From NCBI GenBank assembly GCA_964234715.1, contig OZ174282.1: a stretch of 64,000 nucleotides of DNA. One strand, written 5' to 3'. Numbering within the stretch: position 1 is the first letter of the stretch; each line of letters starts with the position of its first letter. A program made the translations under genes and the position numbers. The notes under the pieces were generated by a model. That model was not told where the DNA came from. It did no database searches and saw nothing but the letters and a program-made list of their open reading frames with translations. The DNA is from Podarcis melisellensis. Taxonomy: Eukaryota. Positions 23,411 through 35,784 of the stretch are shown piece by piece.

Positions 23411-23770
23411 TAAGTTCACCATTGAAGCACATCCTCCAACCATAGCTATTTGACAGTTGGAACACTAGTTTTTAATTTGATAGACCTGTATGAACATATA
23501 TGGAGGAATTGCAACTTTAAAATTATAGGCTTGCATCCCCTAGGCCAGTGTTTCCCAACCTTTTTTGGGCAAAGGCACACTTGTTTCATGAAAAAAATCT
23601 CGAGGCACACCACCATTAGAAAATGTTTAAAAAATTAACTCTGTGCCTATATTGACTATATATAAAGTAACTCTCTTTAATAGGAATCAAATAAACACAA
23701 AGAAAGTATTTTATAATTACTTTATTATGAAATAGTAAGTAAACAGAAATATGAAAAATTATAAAATACT

Positions 23771-24148
23771 TTATTCATTTACCTTTGAGGTTTGTCTCAT
23801 GAAAGTTGCCTGTTTCTCCGTGTTTTCACGCAGGCGAACAAAATAGTCCGCATTCTTGTTTTGAAGCAAAGGGTGTTTCGTTTGGAGATGGCGTTTAAGT
23901 TTGCTTGGGACCATAGCACTGTTAGCTAGCTTTTCACCACACACCACGCACAGTGGAGTTGGTTGGTTTGCATCTCCGGTGAAAGTAAATCCAAATGAAA
24001 TATAGCTTTCGCTATATTGCCTTGTGCCGGAGAATTTGCTTGAGCTAACCATCTTTGCTTTCTTTTCATGCCCACTCATACTTGGGCTCTCATCTGGCTC
24101 CAAATTTTGTTCAGAGTCCAGTTCTTTTCTTTTCAAAAACTTTTCCAT
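23771..24148 (-). CDS. Truncated hAT transposase N-terminus with BED zinc finger (125 aa)
   Basis: MEKFLKRK...[12 protein letters not shown]...[28 protein letters not shown]: CxxC...HxxxxH, typical of Buster/ZBED5/SCAND3-family transposases. Catalytic domain absent. Confidence 0.85.
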   Translation of the reverse strand: MEKFLKRKELDSEQNLEPDESPSMSGHEKKAKMVSSSKFSGTRQYSESYISFGFTFTGDANQPTPLCVVCGEKLANSAMVPSKLKRHLQTKHPLLQNKNADYFVRLRENTEKQATFMRQTSKVNE

Positions 24149-24825
24149 CACTGCAGTATCCGGCCATCCAATTGCCACTGACAAACGGATACAGACCCCT
24201 TTTTTTTTACAGCACAGCTCGCACAAATGTACACGGAACACCCTTTTCGAATTAAAACACACAGTCTCACGAGAGCAAGGAGCAGCGATTTTATATTTTA
24301 CAAAAAGAAGTCGCTAGTCCTCATGGTGACAGGGTGGAAAATATTTAAAAGCAGAACCACCTTGAGGAAGGTGGAGCCATATCACATCCTGGCAGGAGGC
24401 CTAAATTGGTGGAACGCTCAGGCCCCGCTTATTCAAAGAGGGCACCAGGCAACGTCTCAGGGTATTAAGAACCCTGAGCTAGATTAATGTCCCCAAACGT
24501 CATGGTTTGTGCCAACCTACTGACACTCCACAAAGCTTCTTAACCATGTTTGTATGAAAAAAAAATGGGGTGCTGCGGCTCTCCCAACCCACTAACTACC
24601 AGCACGCTTCAACACAATGCCGCGCGCGGCAAGAGCCCAGGCTTTCTGATCCAAGCCGCTTTCCTTAGCGCTTCCGGGCAAAGCCGAGCACATGCTACGA
24701 AGCGCCCACACGTGTACGAAAAGTCCTGGCTCAGCCGCGAGTTGGCGCAGGCAGATGCCGTCCTGGAGGCAAAAGCCGTCACATGGGGATTTTCTTCCTC
24801 CCTCCTTTAAATTTGGAACGTACGG

Positions 24826-25410
24826 CGCACGCTCCCTTCACGCCTAGGGGGATTCCCCCCTCCCCTTCCCGCTCGCTCTCTCTCCCTCCCTCCTTTGGCG
24901 CGCGCTCCCTTCACGCCTAGGGGGATTCCCCCCTCCCCTTCCCGCTCTCTCTCTCTCCCTCCCTCCTTTGGCGTGCGCTCCCTTCACGCCTAGGGGGATT
25001 CCCCCTTCCCGCTCGCTCTCTCTCCCTCCCTCCTTTGGCGCGCGCTCCCTTCACGCCTAGGGGGATTCCCCCCTCCCCTCCCCTTCCCGCTCGCTCTCTC
25101 TCCCTCCCTCCTTTGGCACGCGCTCCCTTCACGCCTAGGGGGATTCCCCCCTCCCCTTCCCGCTCGCTCTCTCTCCCTCCCTCCTTTGGCGCGCGCTCCC
25201 TTCACGCCTAGGGGGATTCCCCCCTCCCCTTCCCCCTCTCTCTCTCTCTCCCTCCCTCCTTTGGCCGCGCGCTCCCTTCACGCCTAGGGGGATTCCCCCC
25301 TCCCCTTCCCGCTCTCTCTCTCTCTCCCTCCCTCCTTTGGCGCGCACTCCCTTCACGCCTAGGGGGATTCCCCCTCCCCTTCCCACTCTCTCTCTCTCCC
25401 TCCCTCCTTT
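24826..25410. repeat. Minisatellite of 8 x ~74 bp inside the hAT element
   Basis: Unit GCGCGCTCCCTTCACGCCTAGGGGGATTCCCCCCTCCCCTTCCCGCTCGCTCTCTCTCCCTCCCTCCTTTGGC, period 67-78 bp. Confidence 0.95.
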
Positions 25411-26094
25411 TCTCCACCCACACACCTCCCTTTACGGCTGCTGTGCGCGTGCGCGTTGCTGCGACGCTCTTCCAGTCTTTCCCTGCACCATGGGAGGTAA
25501 GTGCTGGCTCCTGACGCGGGTGCGTGTGGCGCCCCCTCCCCCCCGACCGCCTTCCTCCCACGGCACACCAGGCAACGTCTCGCGGCACACTAGTGTGCCG
25601 CGGAACACTTGTTGGGAAACACTGCCCTAGGCCCATTAAATAAATGAGGCAGGTAAGTGATGTCTGTCTTACACACCAGACCATTAACATGCACATAGAT
25701 CACACAGATCCAAATTTACCATATGGCACTTTAGCGCATTTTCATCCACACATGAGTGCTTTCAGTTAAATTATTTTTCCATCTACACTAGTGGGTGGTG
25801 CTTGATGGGGTATATTATCACTCAATTTGATCCAGGGCAAATTCTCCTGCTTCTTTGTTAGTTTCTACATCTACTGACATTATCAAGCATTCTTGAAGTA
25901 TTCGCTTTATCTTTGCTTCCTTCCTCCTCTGCTACTCCACATATCCAGTGGATCATCCAGTCTAGCCCCTTGCTTGGTGCAGCATTGAAAAGGTACAATG
26001 TGTGTCCATTGAGCAATCAGACACCAGTAGCATTCAAGGAAGGGAGAGGCTTTAGCTCTATAGAAAATCACAAAGAGTGTTTGCGATAACAGAC

Positions 26095-26174
26095 CTGTAA
26101 TGAGTCCAGCCATCAGACCCAGGGAAATGATCGCGCAGGATGCACCAAGTTCAGTCAAAGCCAAATAACCCATT
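26095..26174 (-). CDS. RHCE: Rh30 exon 8
   Basis: MGYLALTELGASCAIISLGLMAGLIT(G), 80 nt, phase 2 to 1. Confidence 0.93.
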
Positions 26175-27056
26175 CTGAAAATCACAACAACAAAAACCAT
26201 TCACAAACCAGTAAATACTTTACCACTTATTCAGTGCTACAGTCTTGGTGTTTTTCCATAGGCCTTACACTCTGTTATTGATGGGGGAGAATTCCGTGTG
26301 ATCCACAATTCATATAATATGAAGTGATTTAATTTGCATTTGCAAAAACATTTGCATGAATCAAAACATAACCATTCTTTGACATTTGCACTTCTCTGAA
26401 TTTTGCTATGGTGCTATCCCAGCAAGCATGTTAATGTAAAAAAACTATATAAGGAGTGAGTGTGCCTAAAAATGTATATACAAAAATGCAACACATTAGA
26501 GAAAATGGTTTGCAAACATGTTACGTTAGGCAAAATTGCATACAAAAATATGTAAGGGGCAATGTGCAATATGATGCTGGCAGTTTTTTTGTGAAGTCTA
26601 TCACAAACTGCAGCAGAAATGCAGCCACCTGGACCAAAGAGAAAATTAAAGGAACAAAATTGAGAAGATCAATCCTTCCTTACTATCTCTGTCTGCTGTT
26701 TTTAAACTTTCTCTGTTTAGAGAGCCCTTTTCAGACCAGCTGATCTTACAAAGACCTCCTTCACAATTGCCATTGAACCACAGGACACTGCAGAGAAACT
26801 GGAGGGCACACATTTCAAGTGTGTTACTACTGACCAAGAGCTTTCCACTGACTTGTTTGAATTGAATTTTTCCTAGATGATGTCCAGTACTACAGTGGAT
26901 AGTATTTCCTTCCCCCCCCCCTTGCCTTTAAAACATTTTAAAATAGAACCCTCAAGGTGGTGCAAGCTTTCTGTCTACACACGTCCTGGTGGGGTCCAAT
27001 AACTATCTCTTGAAATGTTCAGAGGAGATAACATTTGAGAGAGAGGTTCCACCTAC

Positions 27057-27187
27057 CCTTCTAGGTCTTCCTGGCTCTCTATTAGGATAAGAATAATGCG
27101 GGTGATCCCTCCAATCAAACTGGGCAGGCCAAACGTGTAAAGAACTCCACAGGTATCATGAATCCTGAGTGCTGGTTCCAGGCGCTT
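27057..27187 (-). CDS. RHCE: Rh30 exon 7
   Basis: KRLEPALRIHDTCGVLYTFGLPSLIGGITRIILILIESQEDLE(G), 131 nt. Confidence 0.95.
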
Positions 27188-27609
27188 CTGAGTTTGATGG
27201 AAAGGGTACATGTGAAAAACAAAAATGCTGTGTAAACACCATAAATTCAAAGCACATTTCAATCATGCAACTCCCCCAAAAGGAACTAATTTAATTTCAC
27301 GCAGCTGCAATTTCCAGCACCTTCAATAAACTTCAGTTCCCAAGAATCTTGGGCAGGGAGTAGTTTAAATGTATGGGATGTGTGCAGCCAAAGGGTCATG
27401 TGAATAACCTTTAACGCTGCAAATCAGAAGGTAGCTGTTGAAGGGCTTGTGGGCTGACTATAAACAGTACTGTCTTGTCTGCCACAATGCCATGGAAGCA
27501 CGGAGAGCGGGACACTGCTTAGCAGTAGATCAGGAAGGTTCAGTTTCTGGCATTAAGAAGCTTATATCAACAAGACTGGAAAAGACTAGCATACGTTGAA
27601 AAAGACCCA

Positions 27610-27815
27610 AGAGAGCCTGTGTGGCATAGTGGTTTGCAGTCAGACCAGGACCAGGAAGACCAAGGTTCAAATCCTCAGTCAGCTATGAAGCTCACTGGGC
27701 CAGCCACAGTCCACAGCATTGATGTGAGTATAAAATGGAGAGGGAGGAATACCATTTATGCCACTTTGACCTCCTCAGAGGAAAGGTGGGGTATAAATGT
27801 AATAATAAATAAATG
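27610..27815 (+). mobile_element. tRNA-derived SINE
   Basis: A box TGGCATAGTGG, B box GGTTCAAATCC, AATAAAT tail. Reverse-oriented relatives at ~17930-18000 and ~48230-48365. Confidence 0.75.
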
Positions 27816-28168
27816 GATAGGGTTTCATTTACCAAAAGAGTCAAGGATTCCCCAACTGCTCTGTAAGATGACATGTGCAGGTCTCCTTCTTGGGGCTGGC
27901 CCTACCATTAGGCAATGTGAGGAAGCTGCCTCCAACAACAGATGATTCAGAGACAAGAAACAACTTTAAGCACCATCCCACTAAACCTCAGATGACGATG
28001 AGACTCGGTCTTATCACCACTGTTGAAATGAGAGTCAACTGCCAACCTGACTGGCTTTTGCACAAGGAATAGAGGAGGCGCCATTTTGCCCTTTGCCTCA
28101 GGCAGCAAAATGCCCGCTTCTCCTTGCCCACTATCCAAAATGAGATGGTTCAAAATGGGAACTGTTAC

Positions 28169-28306
28169 CTGTAAAAAGGCAAAGCCAAGTACAGAGCCTG
28201 CCCCGGCCGCCAGACCTAAAGTCATCGCAATCCAAGGGTAACGGATGATGGGAACTGAGAAGCCAACAGCAACCCCACCGGCCAGAGTGGCATTCTGGAT
28301 ATGGGC
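28169..28306 (-). CDS. RHCE: Rh30 exon 6
   Basis: AHIQNATLAGGVAVGFSVPIIRYPWIAMTLGLAAGAGSVLGFAFLQ, 138 nt. Confidence 0.97.
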
Positions 28307-28834
28307 CTGTAGAACAAGCAAAAGAAGAAAGTGAGGAATTAAAAAAGTTGGCTGGAAACGTTTTACTGATGAAAAACTCTGGTGTGTGTGGGTGTGTAGA
28401 TGTTTGTGTGGCTGCACGTGTGCATGTCTTGAACCAGGATTTCCAGCAGCCAGGCACCAGTTAGGTTGCAGAACCAGCCTGTCCACCATATAGCAGCAAA
28501 TTCAAGTCGGGCAGTTCTAGCTGACCATTAGGTCTTGTGCAACAAGCCAGTTCCCCCAGAAGATCAGACTTTCTGCGATAAGGAAAGTGATGGGGACCTG
28601 CACTGGAAGTGTGAGACGGGCACTTGCTTTGAAGCACACATTCTCATTTCCACACAAACAAATGAGAGGGAATGCTCATTAAATAACCAATGCAAGCAAA
28701 TACGCAAGCCAATCAGGATGATTTCTCAATAAATAGGTTGCTTGGAAGTGTGAGCATCTCTCTTCCGGCTGTCTCTCTAGTTAGGAGAAAGTCCCTCTAG
28801 ATTGAAAGTTAGAGAATAGGAACTTCTGACTTAC

Positions 28835-29001
28835 CATGTGGAACGTCCCATCACTACTGGTAGCCTTTGAGAACGCAAATGCGGCCACAGCACTTGTAGC
28901 CATTGCAAAATAGGTGTTGTAAATGGCAGCCTGTTTTTCCTCTTCTTTCTCTACCAACACAGAATTGAAGCTGGGCCAGAACATCCAAAGGAAGAGAGTA
29001 C
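28835..29001 (-). CDS. RHCE: Rh30 exon 5
   Basis: (G)TLFLWMFWPSFNSVL...NTYFAMATSAVAAFAFS...FHM, 167 nt. Confidence 0.97.
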
Positions 29002-32000
29002 CTAGTGAACACCCACACACGAAAAGAACAATTAGTGCCCTCTTGAACCCATTAGATAATTGCTTTTGTTGGAGGTGACGGGGTGCAACTCAGCTTGCAC
29101 AGTATCTCCCTGCTCTCCCCTCCCCGGACTCTCCGCCTGGCACCCCCCACTGCCTGGTGCCCTGGCACGCTGCGCCACTACACCCAATGGTAAAGATGTC
29201 TCTGCTGCCCAATTCCTGCACTCCTGAATCATTGCTCTTGAACTCTGGGCCTGCTGTTGAGCCTGTACCATTATGTGCCTGACTAAAGATCTCTTCCATA
29301 CCTACACATTAGTGCATCGGTTTGCATGTATTGGCTGCGAGCCAGGACAGCTTCAACCAGATTAACCTGTGCTGCCAATGTCCCCCCAGCCTGAGGATAT
29401 AGCATTGCCATCCTCGGATTCAGAGGCCTCCATCGCAAAGGCCCTTGTGAGACCAGAGTCTTCCCTGCTCTGCTGGAGCAAAAGACTGATTGAGCTGCCA
29501 TGGGCCCTTTAACTGGTAAATCGCTTTACAGCGAGCGCAGGGCCGCAATATAGATGCACCTGCTGTGGTTATTTTGAGCTTAGTCTTCATTTGATGGCTG
29601 CTGAAGCAACATCAGAGGGCTGCTCTCCTACAGAGCAGCTTGAGCTTTACACCCAGCCATAGTCCTGTCTTGCTCCAATGGATGGGTGAATCTGTCCGTT
29701 GCAGTTTCTCTCGGTTTCTTGTTTTTCTGAACTTACCGTAAATTCAGTTCTCCACATGTATGCGGAAATTTGAATTTAAAAAAGAACAGCAGCAGAATTC
29801 CTGCAGGCTCTTTCTCAGAAACAACGCACAATCTGAAGGAAGAATTCCTGCATTTATTTTTTACATTTATATTCCATGTTGTTTTCCTTCATGAAGCCCA
29901 AGGCAGCATAAACAAAGTTCCAAGGAAGTCACCCATCCAAGCACAGACCATGCCTAGACCAACTTAGCTTCAACAAGGTAGTGGTCTCATATGACCATTC
30001 CTAGAGACAACTACCGGTATGTTGCCTTTGGTCCAGCAGTTCTTCCCAACACCCCAGGAGTAGAGCAAGCAATTTGCAGCAATTTGTTTACCACTACTGC
30101 TTTGGGCACTACCTATACTTAAACAAACAACAGAAAAACCTATACAGTATTCAAGATTCAGCCTATCAATCAACCTACACGTGGCAAAACAAACACCGAG
30201 CCATGAAGATATGTAACTGGATCTCCCACTGAGGTATTATGTTTGCAAGGAAACAACAGGTGCGTGTTGCTTGTAATTTATTGCAGCCACGGGAGGCAGG
30301 CGGGGATCTGTCTGCAATAACCGCAGTGAAGAGTTGACCACCATGGAAATTCCATGCCTATCAGCAAGTTCAAGACAAGTGTCAGGCTCAGAAGTTGCAG
30401 CTTAAAGTACTAGCAACAGAATCTCTCGTGCTCTTCCTCTGTCAAGCTGCTCCTCTAACCCAGGGATGGTGAACCTTTTCCAAACTCATGGCAGCATTCC
30501 CACCTGGGCAGAAGTGGGTGGAGTTGCCACAATAGCTTTCCAGCAGTAGTCTCACTGCTGTTTACCAGGAGAGGGACAGGTGAGATAGAGATGTTTAAAA
30601 AATGAAATAGGAGTGGAAATGTTGGCCTATTCATCCCATGTCTGGAACGGAAATCAATCAAGTAAACACGATTGATATCTACTGTTTTTGCTCTCAGCCC
30701 ATCAACAATATGTGACTAATTAATGTGCATGGTGCTTCCCTTGCGTTGAAATGAATAGGGTGGAATAACATAACCTATGTAATTAATTACGTAAGTTTTG
30801 CAATTTCGCCACAGCGGAACATGACACAAATCACATAATTTGGGGCAGAAGGTAAACTGCAGCAGAACAGAAACAGAGCTGCTGTGTTAAAAACTGAGAT
30901 ATGAAAGCTAGGAGCTAAATGACACCTTAATCCTAGCTATGGGTGCAACAACGGAATGTCTAGGTGCACTTTTTTATAACAAGAATACAAAGCTGAAAAT
31001 GAATGAACTGCAGCTAAAAATATTATTTTCTTTTTCACATGGTCTAGTCCTTCCTCTGCCCACCTCCCTAATATTTTTAAGAGGGTCTCTTCTCCAGTCT
31101 TCAGAGAGTAGTTGGAAGTGGGGAGGCAGAAAAAGGTCCTCCTTTCCTTCCACTCTGCAGTTTTAATCTGAAATCATAGGTGCAGTACTGTGCCCTGAGC
31201 TCAGAAACTGCTCACGCTAATGAAATTCCCTGTCGCAAAATGCGCCTAGAACAATGAGAGTTTCAAACACTACAAAGCTGCATGTGATGGATACAGGGTG
31301 TAATGGGAGACAATGCCTTCTTGCACCCCTATGGTGGGGTTGGGGCTGTGCCACACAGTGGCGGAAGCACCAAGATTGCCTCCACTGGTGGGCCATGCAG
31401 CCCTGGCTTTGCCCCTCTCAGCTTGAGGCTGCAATGCTATTGCTGCAGCTCCACCCCTCTGAGCAAGCACAAAATAACTGTTATGGGTAGCAAAATAAGA
31501 AATGCTGGTCCTTTGCACAAGCGAGTACTGTGCTCGTGGCGCTTTTATCAATATGCAAATACTGACACCTCATTTTTACAAAAAGAAAAAAAGCCATCAT
31601 CATCATCATTATTATTGCCATATGCATTAATTTTCCAGCATAGCGTAAAATAGCCTAACACAAGTGATGACTGCATATTTCAGCAACATGGCCCTCAATG
31701 ATTCTGCTCCAATTGTTTTTTGGAGAGGGAAATTTTCAGCTAATCACAAGTTACACACACGACTTTTGGCAACCTGGGCCTGTGGGATGGGCGGTTCCCT
31801 ACACCAAACACTGTTCTGCTATGAAAAAGGCATGCTTATCTGTATAAGCAGAAGGAAATGTCTCTGAGGCCCAACCTCACTCTAACACATGCGCCACCCA
31901 TTAACGTTGTAGCACCAATCAAGCCATGACTCTCTGGCCGGGGAGAAATATGGAGAGACTGGAACTGCACTTTACAGCTCAATTAGTGAAGAATGTCACT

Positions 32001-33118
32001 TCTGCTGATTAAAAAAACCTCTGGTCATTCTGTGCTGGGCACTTTTCCTTGCAGGCTTCTTGTCTCTCTGTGTCGTTCTATAAGACTGTTTCCATGAAGG
32101 TTCAGCCTGAAGAGCACATACAAATGTGTTTGTAATTATTACACTGAATCTGGCACTTCAAGCTGAAGACAATATCAGATCACTTTAAACAGCCATGGAT
32201 TCCCCCAAAGAATCCTGGGAAGTGTAGTTTGTTAAGGGTGCAAGGAGTTACGTGACCCCCACTGTCCCCACAGAGCTACAACCACCAGAGTGGTTTAACC
32301 CCTCTTCTCAGGAAACTCTAGGGACTGCAGTTCTATGAGGGGAATAGGGGTCTCCTAACAATTCTTGACATTCTTAATGGTGAAGAAGAATGTGGCCAGG
32401 TGGCAATCTTTCCTGTTCAGTTCGCTGCCCAGGTGCTGCCGACGGGCAACTTCAAGGTCCCTCCGTAGGTTTCTTTCTCTTTAAACCAGACTTGGACTAG
32501 GCAGCCCTTCAAACAAAGGACTCCTTCAAATAGATGGCTGTAAAAGCAGGACACATGGTCACTTTACCCCCAGGCAGATGCCCCAGAAAGATATCCATGA
32601 TATCAAGAGCTACTGAGAGATCCAGCAGAACCAAGAGATAGGCTTAGTGCATGGCAAAAGCCATCCGCCAAGACAAATACAGTTCCAGAACTGGGCCTGA
32701 ACCCAGATTCCATATAGTCACAGCCATGTACATGCCATACATTTAATGCACCGCACCCAGAATCCTGAGAACTGCAGCACCTTTAAACTACAGTTCTCAG
32801 GATTTTGGGGGGAGTTGGGATGTGCTTTGAATGCGCTTGAGATCTATAGTGTGTATGCATCCTGAGTTTCATTTAAGAACACTTGAAGTTGAGTCACCAG
32901 AACTATACACAAACCAAATATTGTCAGATCTTTGTTGAAATCAAACTCAGAAGTCAAATGCCAGTTGCTGAATAATGTATCCTACTATGTCAAATGCCAC
33001 ATTTCAACATCAACATCCACTGGGGAAAATTTCTCAAAACGTATTTGTTTCAAGCTCCAGTAAAGAGATTTGTTTGACCTCCCAACCCTGCCTTAGGACA
33101 CTGATGAAAACAGCTTAC

Positions 33119-33266
33119 CCAGCATTGCAAACACATCAGAGGCAGGCTTTGATCTTTCTTTCTCAACTTTTGGGTGCAGTGAGGAATTGTAGAGGAACCA
33201 GGAGACAGTGGAGCCAAAAAATGCCCCAAACAAATGAACATGCATCAAGCTGATGTGGCTCTTAAT
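33119..33266 (-). CDS. RHCE: Rh30 exon 4 (not in the ORF track)
   Basis: IKSHISLMHVHLFGAFFGSTVSWFLYNSSLHPKVEKERSKPASDVFAML(G), 148 nt, AG/GT flanks. Confidence 0.96.
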
Positions 33267-34550
33267 CTGTAGACCACAAAAAAACAGTCACCATTTCATA
33301 GAGAGCCAGGGTGGAATGTATTCTGTGGGGAACTGGATACTGGAATGGACAGGACTTTAATCTGATTCAGCACAGCTCTTCTGTTAATATATATTATGTA
33401 GGAACTGCAATAAAAACGTTGCAGCGTGCTCCTGCTCCATGTGCCTGCCAGCCAACCATCTCTGCCCTCTCCCATATCCTATTCCTCTCTCTGGTTTTCT
33501 GTTTTCCACCCCAACATACCCACTGAGGCTGCTCCACCCTCACTTTGCAGGGTACTCCCCCTCTAAAGTTATTTTGACTTCTGCAAATTCTGGGTCCCCA
33601 CCCCACCCCGCCAAATCTGCATGGGCTGTGCTATTTTGCCTACCCACTCAGGGAACTGAGCTTGAAATTAATATACAGGATTAGACAACGGTGTGGAAGA
33701 GGGTTATCTATCAGTGCACAACAGCTAAAGAGAATCTCCATAGTTCAGAGCAGGGGTCAGGAACCTCTGGCTCACGGGCCAATCTTGGCCCACCAGGGGA
33801 TCCAATTTGGCCCATGAGGCCATTTCCCCAAAGCCACACCCCTGTCAATCAGCTAACATCACTCATAACTTCAGGGGATGGATGAAAATGCAGAGTTCAA
33901 TTCTGCTGGGAACTGGAACACACATCCAAGGCAAGCAACACTGGTTTGTTGGTTTTTTTGGCAGGCTTCAGCTATGAGAGGGCCTGCTCATGATGGGGAG
34001 AGGAGAAATAAGCCCTTGCCAACCCCATACTTGGTGCCTGGGGAATGCTGCGCAAGGGATTTCGACAGGTGAGCAGGACGACCCCCCTATTAATCATGTG
34101 GTGCCATAATGACATCATGTGATTGACAGGTGGGTTGCCCCTCCCCACCTGTCAAAGTTGGCCTATGGGGCGGAGCCAGATAAAGTTCCAGGGAAACAAG
34201 CCACTTGTTGCTGAGGGCTTCCCATTGGTGCTCCTTGCTGGCTGCTGGTGGGGAACAGGATGCTGGACAAGTTGGGCCTCTGGTCTGATCCAGCACCAAG
34301 GGTTGGTAATCAAACCTACCAGAGGCCAGCAACCTTAAGTCTTAAGACACAGAGAGCCACTCTTGAGAAAGGCTGCCTTGGCAGCTAATGCCAATTAGGG
34401 AAGATGGCAAAACAGGGCAGCTGTGCTTGACCTTCAGATACCCCCCAAAGGGACGGTTCCAGAGGGGAAAAGGCCTCTGGAAATGGGAAGCTGCCACAGA
34501 ATCACCCACCCCACGCCTTGTCTCAGTAGCAAAGAGGTTTCTATACGTAC

Positions 34551-34701
34551 CCCCAGAACATCCACAATGATCCATCTGTTCCCAGCGAAAACAGCCACCT
34601 CCACCATAGCCATGCAGATTAACTGCATCAGGTTGGCTTTGCCGAGGATCGCGCCAGCTGAAATCAGCACCGCTGTAATACTCATAATGGCTGCCAAGAT
34701 G
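34551..34701 (-). CDS. RHCE: Rh30 exon 3
   Basis: ILAAIMSITAVLISAGAILGKANLMQLICMAMVEVAVFAGNRWIIVDVLG, 151 nt. Confidence 0.97.
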
Positions 34702-35521
34702 CTTTGGGAAAAGAAAAAGGAGAAAGCAGTATTGTCCGTAGCATCATTTTAGAGTGCTGAAGAAGCCCCCTCCTCCAGATTGGGAGACTGGGTGGTATCC
34801 TCAAACAGGATGTGCAGACAGTGTGGATATAGCCAACTACCTTGTTCCATCAGCGCAAGCATTTCCGATTGTGCATCAAAATTTCCCCCTCTCCTCTCCC
34901 CACGCTCCCTGAACCTCCACAAATCTCTAGAGGATTTCATGAACTCCCATAACAGATTTAGGGGGCATGTAGGGGGAGGACGGGGGACGGGGTTCTCCTG
35001 CATGGAAGTTGTCATTGTTCTCTCTTCAAGCCCCTCCTGCTTCTAGGAAACAGTGGGGCAGGGATTTGACTGGCACACCCCACATCTGAGCATCCTCTTC
35101 CTCCACTTCTGACAGGTCCTGTGCCCCCGCCTCTGCCTGCTCCAACCCTTCCTCTTCCCTTCCGCCCTGGTTCCTGCCTCACAGGTGGCACCAAACCCCA
35201 CAAATCTCTGGCCCTATCTCCTGGGTCAGTCTCCAGTCCCCTTGCCTCTGCCACACACTCGTCAGAGCCCTGACATGGCGCCTGGGATGACACACAAGAA
35301 CATCATCTAAAAGCAAAGCCAAGACTGCATTTTCTCCAGAAGTAGGGCTTTAATTATATGGACATTTATGGCAACTTAATCAATAAATTAGTTGATTAAT
35401 CCACCAAATTTCATACGATTAATCAACGATTAATCTGCAATAAAATAAAACAAAACTTACATAAAACTCTATGTGTGTGTGTATGTGTGTGTGAAGTATC
35501 CATAGCTGGGGAAATCTTTTA

Positions 35522-35784
35522 CAGTGGTACCTCACAAGACGAATGCCTCGGAAGACGAAAAACTCGCAAGACGAAAGAGTTTTTCGTTTTTTGAGTTGCT
35601 TCGCAAGACGAATTTCCCTATGGGCTTGCTTCGCAAGATGAAAACGTCTTGCGAGTTTGTTTCCTTTTTCTTAAAACCGCTTGAAGAGGTGCAGTTGCGA
35701 CTGACCTTGCTTCGCAAGATGAAAAACCTCGCAAGACGAAAAGACTCGCGGAACGAATTAATTTCGTCTTGCGAGGTACCACTG
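35522..35784. mobile_element. Tc1/mariner-pogo-type MITE, family B
   Basis: TIR CAGTGGTACCTC(A/G)CAAGACGAA, TA flanks, internal TCGCAAGA repeats. Confidence 0.9.

Larger units (their letters stand above)
23546..25624 (-). mobile_element. hAT (Charlie/Buster-type) DNA transposon, internally deleted, in RH intron 8
   Basis: Perfect 14-bp TIR CAGTGTTTCCCAAC, perfect 8-bp TSD CCCTAGGC (23538-23545 and 25625-25632), truncated transposase ORF, CpG-rich interior. Confidence 0.96.

Noticed and set aside
24826-25410. CRISPR-like periodicity
   Set aside because: No unique spacers, eukaryotic context, no cas genes.
24917-25696. Repetitive G/R/E-rich ORFs
   Set aside because: Translations of the minisatellite.
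27610-27690. tRNA gene
   Set aside because: The A/B boxes belong to a SINE head followed by SINE body and tail.
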